DNA of 37,282 nucleotides from an uncultured Thermotogae bacterium (GTDB taxonomy: Bacteria > Bipolaricaulota > Bipolaricaulia > UBA7950): positions 1 through 37,282 of the forward strand of contig CAZORT010000001.1 of NCBI GenBank assembly GCA_964582575.1, written 5' to 3'. A model generated the notes under the pieces. It was not told the origin of the DNA. It was given only the letters and a program-made list of their open reading frames with translations, and searched no databases. Below, in pieces: positions 1 to 7,565 of this stretch. The position numbers were made by a program, and so were the translations under genes. Positions within the stretch are counted from its first letter, which is position 1. Every line of letters begins with the position of its first letter.

Positions 1-93
1 ACAGCAATGGAGTTCTCCATGAAACTGGTTGAGGTACTGGCCGGCAAAGAAAAAGCAGAGCAGATAAACGAAGCGGTCCTGGCAAACCTATAA
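1..93 (+). CDS. 3' end of a DJ-1/PfpI (ThiJ)-like protein (partial; start lies outside the window)
   Basis: Frame 1 reads TAMEFSMKLVEVLAGKEKAEQINEAVLANL then TAA. This resembles the C-terminal helix of DJ-1/PfpI proteins (A.EFAL.LVE.L.GKE.A). Only 30 codons are visible. Confidence 0.35.
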   Translation, partial: TAMEFSMKLVEVLAGKEKAEQINEAVLANL

Positions 94-247
94 AGGCCAA
101 AAAACAAGCGGTATGCCCGAGCCGCCGGAAGAAGTCGAGACCATCAACAACGAACTCGTTTTTCTGTGCCAGGTGTCAACTGGATGGGGTTTAACAAGGC
201 ATGAGGGGAGAGGAACTCAAGACTTAAGACTCGTTGAGGGGGGCGAC

Positions 248-451
248 ATGTACTACGCGGTAAACTTAAAGGAGGATCGGTGTGATGGCTGTGGTCTCTG
301 CATCTCTTTCTGCCCGGAGGTCACCGCTATCAAGCTCATAAAACTTAACGGAACGACCAAGGCGATAGAGATTTGTGAACTGCGGTGTAAGAGGTGTGGG
401 CTGTGCGTTGAAATATGTTCCAAGGATGCATTGGAAGTGGTGCTAAGATAA
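248..451 (+). CDS. Small 2x[4Fe-4S] ferredoxin-domain protein
   Basis: Two CxxCxxCxxxC(P) motifs (CDGCGLCISFCP and CKRCGLCVEIC). The track ORF is 113..451, but the ATG at 248 follows GAGGGGGG, and the upstream 45 codons have no ferredoxin-like content. Confidence 0.7.
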   Translation: MYYAVNLKEDRCDGCGLCISFCPEVTAIKLIKLNGTTKAIEICELRCKRCGLCVEICSKDALEVVLR

Positions 452-491
452 GGCAGAGTAGTTACTATTATTATCAACAGGAGGGGTTCAA

Positions 492-1229
492 ATGAGCGCA
501 CTTATGACTAGTGAGCGTGGATGGGAAATACTATCTTGCCCGAGGATGAAAGTTCTGGTGGGTATAATATTTTCATTCTGGGCGGGGGCAGTAAATTGTG
601 TAACAACGCTGACTATCCTCTTTGAAAGGTCATCACATGTATCGGGGAGACTGAATGACATAGGAATGAATGCGGTTCTTCATCCGCCCGATGCTCTACT
701 TGTTTTCACGATTTGGGTCGGCTTTGTCTTTGGGGCATTCCTGGCTGGAAAGTTGCTGGACCGCATTGGACTTACACCCTGTTTACTGCTGGTAGGAGCG
801 GGCCTCATTGCAGGGGGACTTTTCGTCTGGGCCGGCGTTTACGCTGAGGTACCCGATGATTATAGCATCAGGCATATGGTGATAGCCTTCATCCTACCGC
901 TTGTCATGGGTTTTCAGAATTCGCTCACCTCACAGCTACCCATTGGCCGGACTACGCACTGGACAGGGGATTCAACTGATCTCGGTACTGCTCTGGCAAA
1001 AGGTAACTACTTTCTTGTCTTCTACAACACTGTTAAGATTGCGAGCTTTGTCATTGGGGCCGCTGTTGCCGCTTACGTGATAGCAGTTGCCAATTTGCTG
1101 CCATCCGCATACAACCTTCTTTCGGTTGCTGCAGGGTTCATCTTAACGGTTCTCATCTTGCACGGGGTTAACCAGACCCTTGTTCGTCCCAGTGATAGCA
1201 ATCAGAACCGGTGGATCAGAGAGCCATAG
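492..1229 (+). CDS. DUF1275 (YoaK-like) family integral membrane protein
   Basis: Multi-TM hydrophobic protein with the family motif QNSLTSQLPIGRTTHWTGDSTDLG (Q-N...TTH.TG..TD.G). AGGAGG lies 6 nt upstream of the ATG. Confidence 0.7.
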   Translation: MSALMTSERGWEILSCPRMKVLVGIIFSFWAGAVNCVTTLTILFERSSHVSGRLNDIGMNAVLHPPDALLVFTIWVGFVFGAFLAGKLLDRIGLTPCLLLVGAGLIAGGLFVWAGVYAEVPDDYSIRHMVIAFILPLVMGFQNSLTSQLPIGRTTHWTGDSTDLGTALAKGNYFLVFYNTVKIASFVIGAAVAAYVIAVANLLPSAYNLLSVAAGFILTVLILHGVNQTLVRPSDSNQNRWIREP

Positions 1230-1367
1230 GACTTCTTCTTGACGCTTCCATGTCCCTCGAGGGACAGGGTTCTGAAGCAATCTCAAGCAGCCTGTGTCCC
1301 AAGTTGCTGATGTGGCGGCATAGTTGCAACTAAATTTATCCAAACTGTTAGGATTGGAAAAACTATT

Positions 1368-1808
1368 ATGATAGTTGGAGCTTTGGTTGGCATTTCCGCT
1401 ATAATGGTACTTATGGGAGTCCCATCAGGGGTGCCAGACGCTTTCAGCGTTACAAGGTCCCTCTGGGCATTGCTAGTGTGTCTTCCTATGGGAGTGCAAA
1501 ATGCCGTCACTACCCTTACCTCTGTAGGACGAACCACCCATGTAACAGGAACCTTGACCGACTTGGGCATTGCTATAGCCAACCGAACCCATAGGACAAC
1601 AATTCACTTATCTTGCCGCTGGGCAGGATTTGCATTTGGAGGCTCGGCAGGGCTTCTGACATTCGTTTACATTCCTTCTCTTTTCGCTCAACTGGCGATT
1701 CTGACTATAGTTATTATCATAACTGGAAGTTTTTATGCTCATCCTGCTGTAGTGAGAAAGTTGAGTCCAGTCATTAGCATGAGGGGGCACCGCCCTGACA
1801 ATATGTGA
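1368..1808 (+). CDS. DUF1275 family paralog, N-terminally truncated (about the C-terminal 60 percent only)
   Basis: Carries GVQNAVTTLTSVGRTTHVTGTLTDLG at residues ~43-66, against ~140-165 in the full-length neighbour. An in-frame stop at 1308-1310 leaves no room for the missing N-terminal TM helices. It may be a pseudogene. Confidence 0.5.
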   Translation: MIVGALVGISAIMVLMGVPSGVPDAFSVTRSLWALLVCLPMGVQNAVTTLTSVGRTTHVTGTLTDLGIAIANRTHRTTIHLSCRWAGFAFGGSAGLLTFVYIPSLFAQLAILTIVIIITGSFYAHPAVVRKLSPVISMRGHRPDNM

Positions 1809-1809
1809 G

Positions 1810-2195
1810 ACGAAAAAATTGTGGCCGTTCCAGAATCATTGGAGAAACCTATCAGGAGAACGATTGATAGTGAAGTACAAGCTACGTATCTTGCGTCTGG
1901 TTGACGCTTGCACCGGACCTGGCAGCATAGGAGCTTTGCTGCGTTAAGAAGGATTCTATTTGTCTTTAGCTGACCTGGTGGCGACGTCCGCAAAGAAGGT
2001 GCGATCGATGGCCTGCAGCCTAAAAAGAGATGACGCAAGGGCGATAACCGCAATCCGTTGCTCCTTAAAGTAGAGCAGTTGGGGCGGGAGATCGCGCAGT
2101 TGATAAAACGTTGTAAACAGGCAGAACTGGTTATTGAGGCTTTTAAAAAGTCTCACAGATACTGGAAAGTCCCTTGGAAACCAGAATTCAGCTGA
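1810..2195 (+). pseudogene. Decayed remnant of an IS (IS3-like) transposase OrfA / HTH-leucine-zipper gene
   Basis: Reconstruction across frames reads LSGERLIVKYKLRILRLVDACTGPGSIGALLR*EGFYLSLADLVATSAKK | GAIDGLQPKKR*RKGDNRNPLLLKVEQLGREIAQLIKRCKQAELVIEAFKKSH. The pattern (IGALLR.EG.Y.S.L, L.PKKRG, coiled coil ending IE..KK) matches my memory of IS3-like OrfA proteins. It is broken by TAA 1945-1947, a 1-nt frame change near 1998 and TGA 2031-2033. Confidence 0.45.
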
Positions 2196-2312
2196 GGGTC
2201 TCTTAAAATCATTGAAAATTCCAATTGTTTTTTACCTCATAAATGTCGTATACTTACCATACTTACTTATATATACTGACCATACTTGCTTATATAATAT
2301 AAGGTGAAAAAA

Positions 2313-3248
2313 ATGATCTTTATCACGTTATTATTCGGTGGATTTTATGTCGGGTGGAATATTGGCGCCAATGATGCAGCAAATTGTACAGGGACCCCTG
2401 TTGGGTCAGGCCTTATTCCGTATCGACGTGCTGCGTTGATAGTTGCTCTCTTTACCGTCATCGGAGCCCTGCTTCACGGCGGCGCCGTAATAGAGACTGT
2501 GGGAAGAGGAATCGTTACGGAAGAGCTCCCTTATATCGCTGTATTAATTGTCCTTATTTCCGCTGGTCTGTTTGTCTCTGCGGCCACATTTCTACATCTT
2601 CCTGTCTCTACTTCGCAAGCGATTGTTGGAGCGGTGAGTGGTGTCGGTTTTGCTATCGGAGCAACGGTCGATCTCACACAGGTAAGTCACATTGCCCAGG
2701 GTTGGATTATCTCGCCAGTTCTGACAGCGATCATTGCGTTTGCTCTTTACTATCTATTTGCTATTCCCATGCGCCGGATAAAAGGATTTATGCACTGGGA
2801 ACAAGTTCTAAGAATATTGGTTCTGGTCAGCGTCGCATATATGGCCTTTGCAATGGGTGCGAACAACGTGGGAAACGCGATTGGACCGATTGTCAATGTG
2901 GGAGGAGACCCGGGGTTACTTACTCTTCTCGGCGCTGTGGCGTTGGCAGTCGGTATATTGACCGGTGGACGACGTGTTACAAAGACAGTCGGCTCGGGAA
3001 TCACTCCACTTGACCCGTTAGGAGCTTTTTCTGCCCAACTAGCAGCAGCATTGGCCATTCACTCTTTTTCCCTGATTGGACTGCCTGTATCCACTTCCCA
3101 AGCAATAATCGGAGCGGTCGCCGGTGTCGGACTTGTCAAAGGAATGCGCGCAATAAATCGCCAGCAAATTTTCCATATTATGATCGGATGGTTGGTAACG
3201 CCGATCATAAGCGCGCTGCTCGCTTTCGGATTGTATCGACTCTTTTAG
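2313..3248 (+). CDS. pit: Inorganic phosphate transporter, PiT (PHO4) family
   Basis: Both PHO4 signature repeats are present (NIGANDAAN near the N-terminus, GANNVGNAIGP in the second half) in a polytopic membrane protein. The track ORF starts at GTG 2304. The ATG at 2313 sits 5 nt after AAGGTGA and is preferred. Confidence 0.9.
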   Translation: MIFITLLFGGFYVGWNIGANDAANCTGTPVGSGLIPYRRAALIVALFTVIGALLHGGAVIETVGRGIVTEELPYIAVLIVLISAGLFVSAATFLHLPVSTSQAIVGAVSGVGFAIGATVDLTQVSHIAQGWIISPVLTAIIAFALYYLFAIPMRRIKGFMHWEQVLRILVLVSVAYMAFAMGANNVGNAIGPIVNVGGDPGLLTLLGAVALAVGILTGGRRVTKTVGSGITPLDPLGAFSAQLAAALAIHSFSLIGLPVSTSQAIIGAVAGVGLVKGMRAINRQQIFHIMIGWLVTPIISALLAFGLYRLF

Positions 3249-3257
3249 CTGCTTTTG

Positions 3258-3902
3258 CTACACTCTTCGCTGTGCAACTACACGATCGATGATATCAGCA
3301 AGGTCTTCCGCCCAATCAGAGATCTTTGTTATCTTCTCCACAACCCCACGGATGAGCAATTTTTCTGCCAAATCAATATCCATATTAAATAGATAGCGGA
3401 TAAATTCTTGCTCTTGTAAGTCGATCTTGCTCTCTATATCCCTTACTGTACCGGTATGAATAAGGGCGCTGCGCATGTCGGTAAAAATAAGATGAATTGC
3501 TTGTTTTATCTCCTGTACCGCCTGAACAGACATATCCGTTATTGCACGCAACAATGGTTTCAACGCCGCAGGAAGCTGCACGCGCTGGAGCACAATATAG
3601 TTGAGAACAGATTCACTTGCATTGGCCAAACGATCCGTATGTTCGATAATCTCCAATATATCGCCGCGCGAACTGGCTAACAACGCTCCTCCGATCAGTT
3701 CGTTTACAATCTGTATCCGCAGATCATCAGCCTCGCTCTCCAGTTGGTGTGTCTTGGAAGCAAACTCATCGATCAATGCGATATCTTTATCATCACAGTA
3801 GGCGATCATCCCCTGTTGGAAATTGAGCAGAGCTTTCTCCACCAGTTCCACATGATCACCAAGACGTCGTCCCACTTCTTTTGATTTTCGCCAAAATGCC
3901 AT
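3258..3902 (-). CDS. DUF47 / PhoU-like phosphate transport regulator (TIGR00153-type)
   Basis: All-helical 214-aa protein with the typical N-terminus (F.K.K......L..H...V) and acidic helices. The family is usually genetically linked to PiT transporters. GAGGTGA RBS. Here it is convergent with pit. Confidence 0.75.
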   Translation of the reverse strand: MAFWRKSKEVGRRLGDHVELVEKALLNFQQGMIAYCDDKDIALIDEFASKTHQLESEADDLRIQIVNELIGGALLASSRGDILEIIEHTDRLANASESVLNYIVLQRVQLPAALKPLLRAITDMSVQAVQEIKQAIHLIFTDMRSALIHTGTVRDIESKIDLQEQEFIRYLFNMDIDLAEKLLIRGVVEKITKISDWAEDLADIIDRVVAQRRV

Positions 3903-3993
3903 TATTCACCTCATAAGAGTCTTGCTTTTTACCCTCTCTAATGATAATCTTTTCTGCGGGAGAAATACAACAACAGTTAGCAAAAAGGTGAAG

Positions 3994-4965
3994 ATGAAAC
4001 GAATCGGATTATTGACCAGTGGTGGAGATTCCCCAGGGATGAATGCCGCTATCAGAACGATAGTACGTAGAGGAAGCAAGATCAATGCCGAGATATTAGG
4101 GATTCAGCGCGGGTTTAGAGGGCTGATCGACGGAGATGTTGTTCCGCTGGATAACCGCGCTGTCGGTGGAATCATCGAACGGGGAGGAACGATCCTCCGT
4201 ACTGCCCGTGCAGCCGATTTTCTGACCTCACACGGACAAGAGAGGGCTATTGCCACTGTTATTAAAGAGAGATTGGATGGAGTTATCGTCATCGGCGGCG
4301 ATGGATCGCTCAGAGGAGCACGCACATTGCATGAACACAATATAGCAACGATCGGCATCCCTGCGTCAATCGACAATGACATCCCAGGAACAACGATGGC
4401 GATCGGAGTTGATACAGCGCTCAATACGGCTGTAAATGCGTTGAACAAGATTCGTGACACTGCTTATTCGCATGAGCGGGTCTTCGTTGTAGAAGTGATG
4501 GGACGCAGATCAGGATATATCGCGCTGATGAGTGGCCTTGCTGGCGGAGCAGAGATTATCCTCATCCCAGAAGTGAAAATCTCGCTTGATAAAATCTACG
4601 CGCTGATCGACAGCGGCTACCAACTGGGTAAGCGCCATTCAATTATCACTGTTGCCGAAGGATTCTGCGAAGAAGGTTCAGCCGGCAGGGTAATCAGTGA
4701 ATTCTTACGCAAGAAGACTGACCTTGAGATTCGACTGACCACTCTCGGCCATCTCCAACGCGGAGGATCTCCCACCGCATTTGACCGAATCCTTGCCTCC
4801 CGTTTCGGGGCAATGGCAATAGAATTATTAGTCAACGGAATATCAGGGAAGATGACAGTCCTTACGCAAGGAGAAATTACAGCTATTCCCCTATCCAAGA
4901 TCGACGACCTCGCGACTAATGTGAACCTTGCACTGTACAGCCTCGCTTGTTCTGTCGCCAGTTGA
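3994..4965 (+). CDS. pfkA: ATP-dependent 6-phosphofructokinase
   Basis: MKRIGLLTSGGDSPGMNAAIR, IGGDGS, PASIDND, VVEVMGR and TLGHLQRGG motifs. The track ORF begins at 3922, but the ATG at 3994 follows AAGGTGA and gives the canonical N-terminus. Confidence 0.92.
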   Translation: MKRIGLLTSGGDSPGMNAAIRTIVRRGSKINAEILGIQRGFRGLIDGDVVPLDNRAVGGIIERGGTILRTARAADFLTSHGQERAIATVIKERLDGVIVIGGDGSLRGARTLHEHNIATIGIPASIDNDIPGTTMAIGVDTALNTAVNALNKIRDTAYSHERVFVVEVMGRRSGYIALMSGLAGGAEIILIPEVKISLDKIYALIDSGYQLGKRHSIITVAEGFCEEGSAGRVISEFLRKKTDLEIRLTTLGHLQRGGSPTAFDRILASRFGAMAIELLVNGISGKMTVLTQGEITAIPLSKIDDLATNVNLALYSLACSVAS

Positions 4966-5001
4966 TTTGAACTTGGATTCATACCTCAACCAAGGGCAGA
5001 G

Positions 5002-5078
5002 GTCCAAGGTCCAAAGTCCAATGTCAAGAGTCCAATGTCGAGAGTCAAAAGACCAATGTCCAATGTCCAAAGCCGAGA
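5002..5078. repeat. Tandem heptamer array, about 11 units, consensus GTCCAAN
   Basis: gtccaag gtccaaa gtccaat gtcaaga gtccaat gtcgaga gtcaaaa gaccaat gtccaat gtccaaa gccgaga, read directly. It lies in the pfkA-comEC spacer. Confidence 0.85.
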
Positions 5079-5193
5079 GTGGTCAATGGTGGAAGAGACC
5101 GAGCACCTCCCTCTTCCTTTACCTTTACCTCTCCCTTCCCTTCCCTTCTTTCTGCCCCCATACCTCGCACCTATGGAAATGTTTACTGGCCCC

Positions 5194-5262
5194 AATCATT
5201 AATCACCATTGTTTGCGCTAATCATTAATCACTTAGTCTATAAATCCTTTGTGCTTATACCA
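5194..5262 (+). repeat. Direct repeat AATCATTAATCAC x2 (26-nt period); the second copy opens a ~45-nt element that recurs inverted at 7494-7536
   Basis: aatcattaatcac occurs at 5194-5206 and 5220-5232. 5220-5239 (aatcattaatcacttagtct) matches the reverse complement of 7517-7536 (aatcaccaatcacttagtct) at 18 of 20 positions, with further similarity through ctttgtg. Confidence 0.8.
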
Positions 5263-5295
5263 GAATAGTTACTTTTCTGTTATCATTAGATACAA

Positions 5296-6852
5296 ATGAA
5301 CCGTTATCCACTGGTCGTACTCGCAATAATATTTACAGTTGGAGCAGTGAGCGGGGTCTATCTTTCACTGCCTTTTTCGCCGATTATTCTGCTTTGGATC
5401 AGCGTTATCCTTTTGGTGTGTGTAATTGCGCTTCGCACAATTTATCAGCCTTCCTGTTGCACAGAAAAAAGAACTATCCGATTATCAATGTTGACAGCGA
5501 CCACCTTGTTATTGGCGGTACTCTCGTTTGGACTGTTTCGCGGAACTTTCTTTACGATTCCTGCTGATCCCCTCTACCGCCAAGCAGTTAACTTGCATCA
5601 GGTCGAGGGGATGATAGTTGATTACCCTACCTTTGGTGGTGGACGGGTGGTCTTTGTTATGGCTCCGGACAATATTGATGGCCGAATTAGAGTAGTACTG
5701 GCCAACGAAGCAGCCGAAATGATGCTTCAGTATGGCGATCGACTTCGTGTCACCGGACAATTCAGCGTCCCTCCCCGTCATATCGGGTTTGATTTTCGCG
5801 CCTTCCTTGCCCGACACCGCGTATTCGCTACGATTTGGATCCGTGATCCTACGGCAGTAGAGGTAATCGGAGAAGGAGGAATTCCACTTCTTCGCTGGGG
5901 GTTTAGAGTTCGAACTCGGATCTACTGCGCAATCACTAGTGTATTCTCTCTGGATAACGCAGGATTGGTCAAATCGCTCCTCTTTGGCGATCGAACCGGG
6001 TTGACCGATGAGATCGAAGAAAGCTTCCGCCGGACAGGGTTGATGCATCTCCTCGCTGTCTCTGGTCTCCATTTAGGGATCCTACTAGCGGGATTATGGT
6101 TTGGCTTACGACTTCTGGGGATTAGACCAATGATCACTTATCTTTTAGTGGGGATTTTTGTCCTTTTTTACTTGGTGATCGTCGGGCCGGAGATAAGTTT
6201 ACTGCGTGCAGCGCTTATGTTCGCGTTCCTTGCTCTGGGAAGCGTCCTCGCTGATATAGGGATCATCCTTCGGTGCTGGGCAAGGTCGTACCAAGGCTTA
6301 GCTGCGGCAGCGATCGTTCTCATCGCAGCCCGGCCGACTGTTCTGTTTGATGTCGGATTTCAACTGAGTTTTGCTGCTACAGCAGCAATCCTATTTGTCT
6401 TTGACCGTGATATTGGAATCGGAGCAGTAATACAGAATCAAGCTGCCAAGTTGCACGCAAAAACCCACGTCCCAGAACGAATCTGTCATTATTTCCTCAA
6501 GTTATTGCTCGTCGGAGCAGCAGCGCGGCTCGGTGTTGCGCCAATCGTCGCCTATCATTTTTATCAGCTGCATCTTATCGTCCTCATTGCCAATCTGATC
6601 GTCATTCCTCTAATCACTATCACCCTATGGGGCGGAATGCTTTTCTTGGCCACGATCCCACTCCCCGCTGTTTCTGCTCAACTGGCAGCGGCATTAGAGG
6701 TGGTTCTTCTCACACCGATTGTCGTGCTTGTGGATAGATTAGCGCAAATTCCGTTCGCTGTAATCACTGTCCCTTCAGTGGTCGGAATATGGTTAGGATT
6801 AGGGGTAATGATCATGATAACTATTTATTTGTGGCAGCGTTGGCAGACTTAG
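5296..6852 (+). CDS. comEC: ComEC/Rec2 family DNA internalisation channel protein (no metallo-beta-lactamase domain)
   Basis: Polytopic membrane protein with an N-terminal OB-like region (DUF4131-like) and the competence-domain motif LLFGDRTGLTDEIEESFRRTGLMHLLAVSGLHLGIL. No obvious SD precedes the ATG. Confidence 0.85.
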   Translation: MNRYPLVVLAIIFTVGAVSGVYLSLPFSPIILLWISVILLVCVIALRTIYQPSCCTEKRTIRLSMLTATTLLLAVLSFGLFRGTFFTIPADPLYRQAVNLHQVEGMIVDYPTFGGGRVVFVMAPDNIDGRIRVVLANEAAEMMLQYGDRLRVTGQFSVPPRHIGFDFRAFLARHRVFATIWIRDPTAVEVIGEGGIPLLRWGFRVRTRIYCAITSVFSLDNAGLVKSLLFGDRTGLTDEIEESFRRTGLMHLLAVSGLHLGILLAGLWFGLRLLGIRPMITYLLVGIFVLFYLVIVGPEISLLRAALMFAFLALGSVLADIGIILRCWARSYQGLAAAAIVLIAARPTVLFDVGFQLSFAATAAILFVFDRDIGIGAVIQNQAAKLHAKTHVPERICHYFLKLLLVGAAARLGVAPIVAYHFYQLHLIVLIANLIVIPLITITLWGGMLFLATIPLPAVSAQLAAALEVVLLTPIVVLVDRLAQIPFAVITVPSVVGIWLGLGVMIMITIYLWQRWQT

Positions 6853-7235
6853 TCGTCATGAACCTTATAATCGACATCGATCACTTCCGGTAAGTGCTCA
6901 GCAGAACGGCGCCGACCCAACCACCAATTTGCAAAGAGAAAGATCCCCACTATATCGGTAATTAGACCAGGGATAAGAAGAAATAGACCAGATAATAACG
7001 GCCCCATTGTGTGGAACAGGAACGGCAATGTCATTTGTTTTTGCCAAATATCAAACAGTAATATCTGCAGTATATTCTTCTTACCCAACATTCGCAGCAC
7101 ACCGATACCGAGCAGGGCAGTAATGACAATCATTCCTAACACAATTGCCCCCCCAAATAAGGGGGTTAACTTTACCAGTAAGAAAAGTTCGATCGCAATG
7201 ATCGTCGCCAGAAGAATAAATATTAATAATGCCAT
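6849..7235 (-). CDS. fxsA: FxsA family inner membrane protein
   Basis: 128 aa with 3-4 TM segments and an FxsA-like LLIPGLITDIVGIFLF motif plus a basic tail. Its stop overlaps the comEC stop (convergent, 4-nt overlap). Confidence 0.7.
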   Translation of the reverse strand: MALLIFILLATIIAIELFLLVKLTPLFGGAIVLGMIVITALLGIGVLRMLGKKNILQILLFDIWQKQMTLPFLFHTMGPLLSGLFLLIPGLITDIVGIFLFANWWLGRRRSAEHLPEVIDVDYKVHDD

Positions 7236-7493
7236 GATGATAGATCACATTAATATTACCAGCCAGAAGGAGAACTTGCAACTATACATAATACCTAAGT
7301 TGCTCTCCAATACGGTTTCGCAGTAAGATTACTGGTATCTCTTTAGGGATAACCACAACGGCACATAGTCAGATGGTGCCACAACGGGACGAAGAGATAA
7401 AGATTAAAGATTTTGGACAGAGATAAACGCAGATTAATATAGAGGTTTTGTCTTTTATTGTTTACTTTTGTGCCTTGGTGGCAGAGTAGTCAG

Positions 7494-7536
7494 GGGTTGC
7501 CACAAAGAGACTTTAGAGACTAAGTGATTGGTGATT
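7494..7536 (-). repeat. Second (inverted) copy of the ~45-nt element seen at 5220-5262
   Basis: The reverse complement reads aatcaccaatcacttagtctctaaagtctctttgtg, against aatcattaatcacttagtctataaatcctttgtg at 5220-5253. It lies 29 nt upstream of the dprA ATG. Confidence 0.75.
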
Positions 7537-7565
7537 GGTGCCTTAGTGGCTAACTAAAGGATTGT

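Noticed and set aside
113-247. 45-codon N-terminal extension of the ferredoxin ORF.
   Set aside because: It has no ferredoxin-like sequence. A strong G-rich SD precedes the internal ATG at 248, which yields a typical ~67-aa 2x[4Fe-4S] protein.
478-495. GGTTCAAAT, a T-loop-like string that could hint at a tRNA. All long spacers were also checked for tRNA, tmRNA, RNase P and SRP hallmarks.
   Set aside because: The string is part of the SD and start region of the DUF1275 gene. No acceptor or anticodon arms can be drawn, and no conserved ncRNA boxes were seen in any spacer.
1945-2033. In-frame TAA and TGA in the transposase-like frame as possible stop-codon reassignment.
   Set aside because: TGA and TAA clearly terminate many conserved genes here (rplR, rplV and fusA with TGA; rpsK, rplO and rpsQ with TAA), and a frame change is also needed. 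Pseudogene decay is the simpler explanation.
2384-3013. 209-aa Cys/Arg-rich ORF on the + strand.
   Set aside because: It is an alternate frame inside the PiT transporter gene. Its composition is typical of an out-of-frame read-through.
5002-5078. Possible CRISPR array, considered for this locus and for the 24.6-25.1 kb and 36.4 kb repeats.
   Set aside because: The periods are 7-8 nt with no spacers, or there are only two 215-bp copies that include coding sequence. There are no 25-40-nt repeats with unique spacers and no cas genes.
4986-5221. ORFs on both strands through the pfkA-comEC spacer (Gly/Lys/Arg-rich 69 aa and a 97-aa + ORF).
   Set aside because: They arise from the heptamer array and the polypyrimidine tract and are low-complexity translation artefacts.
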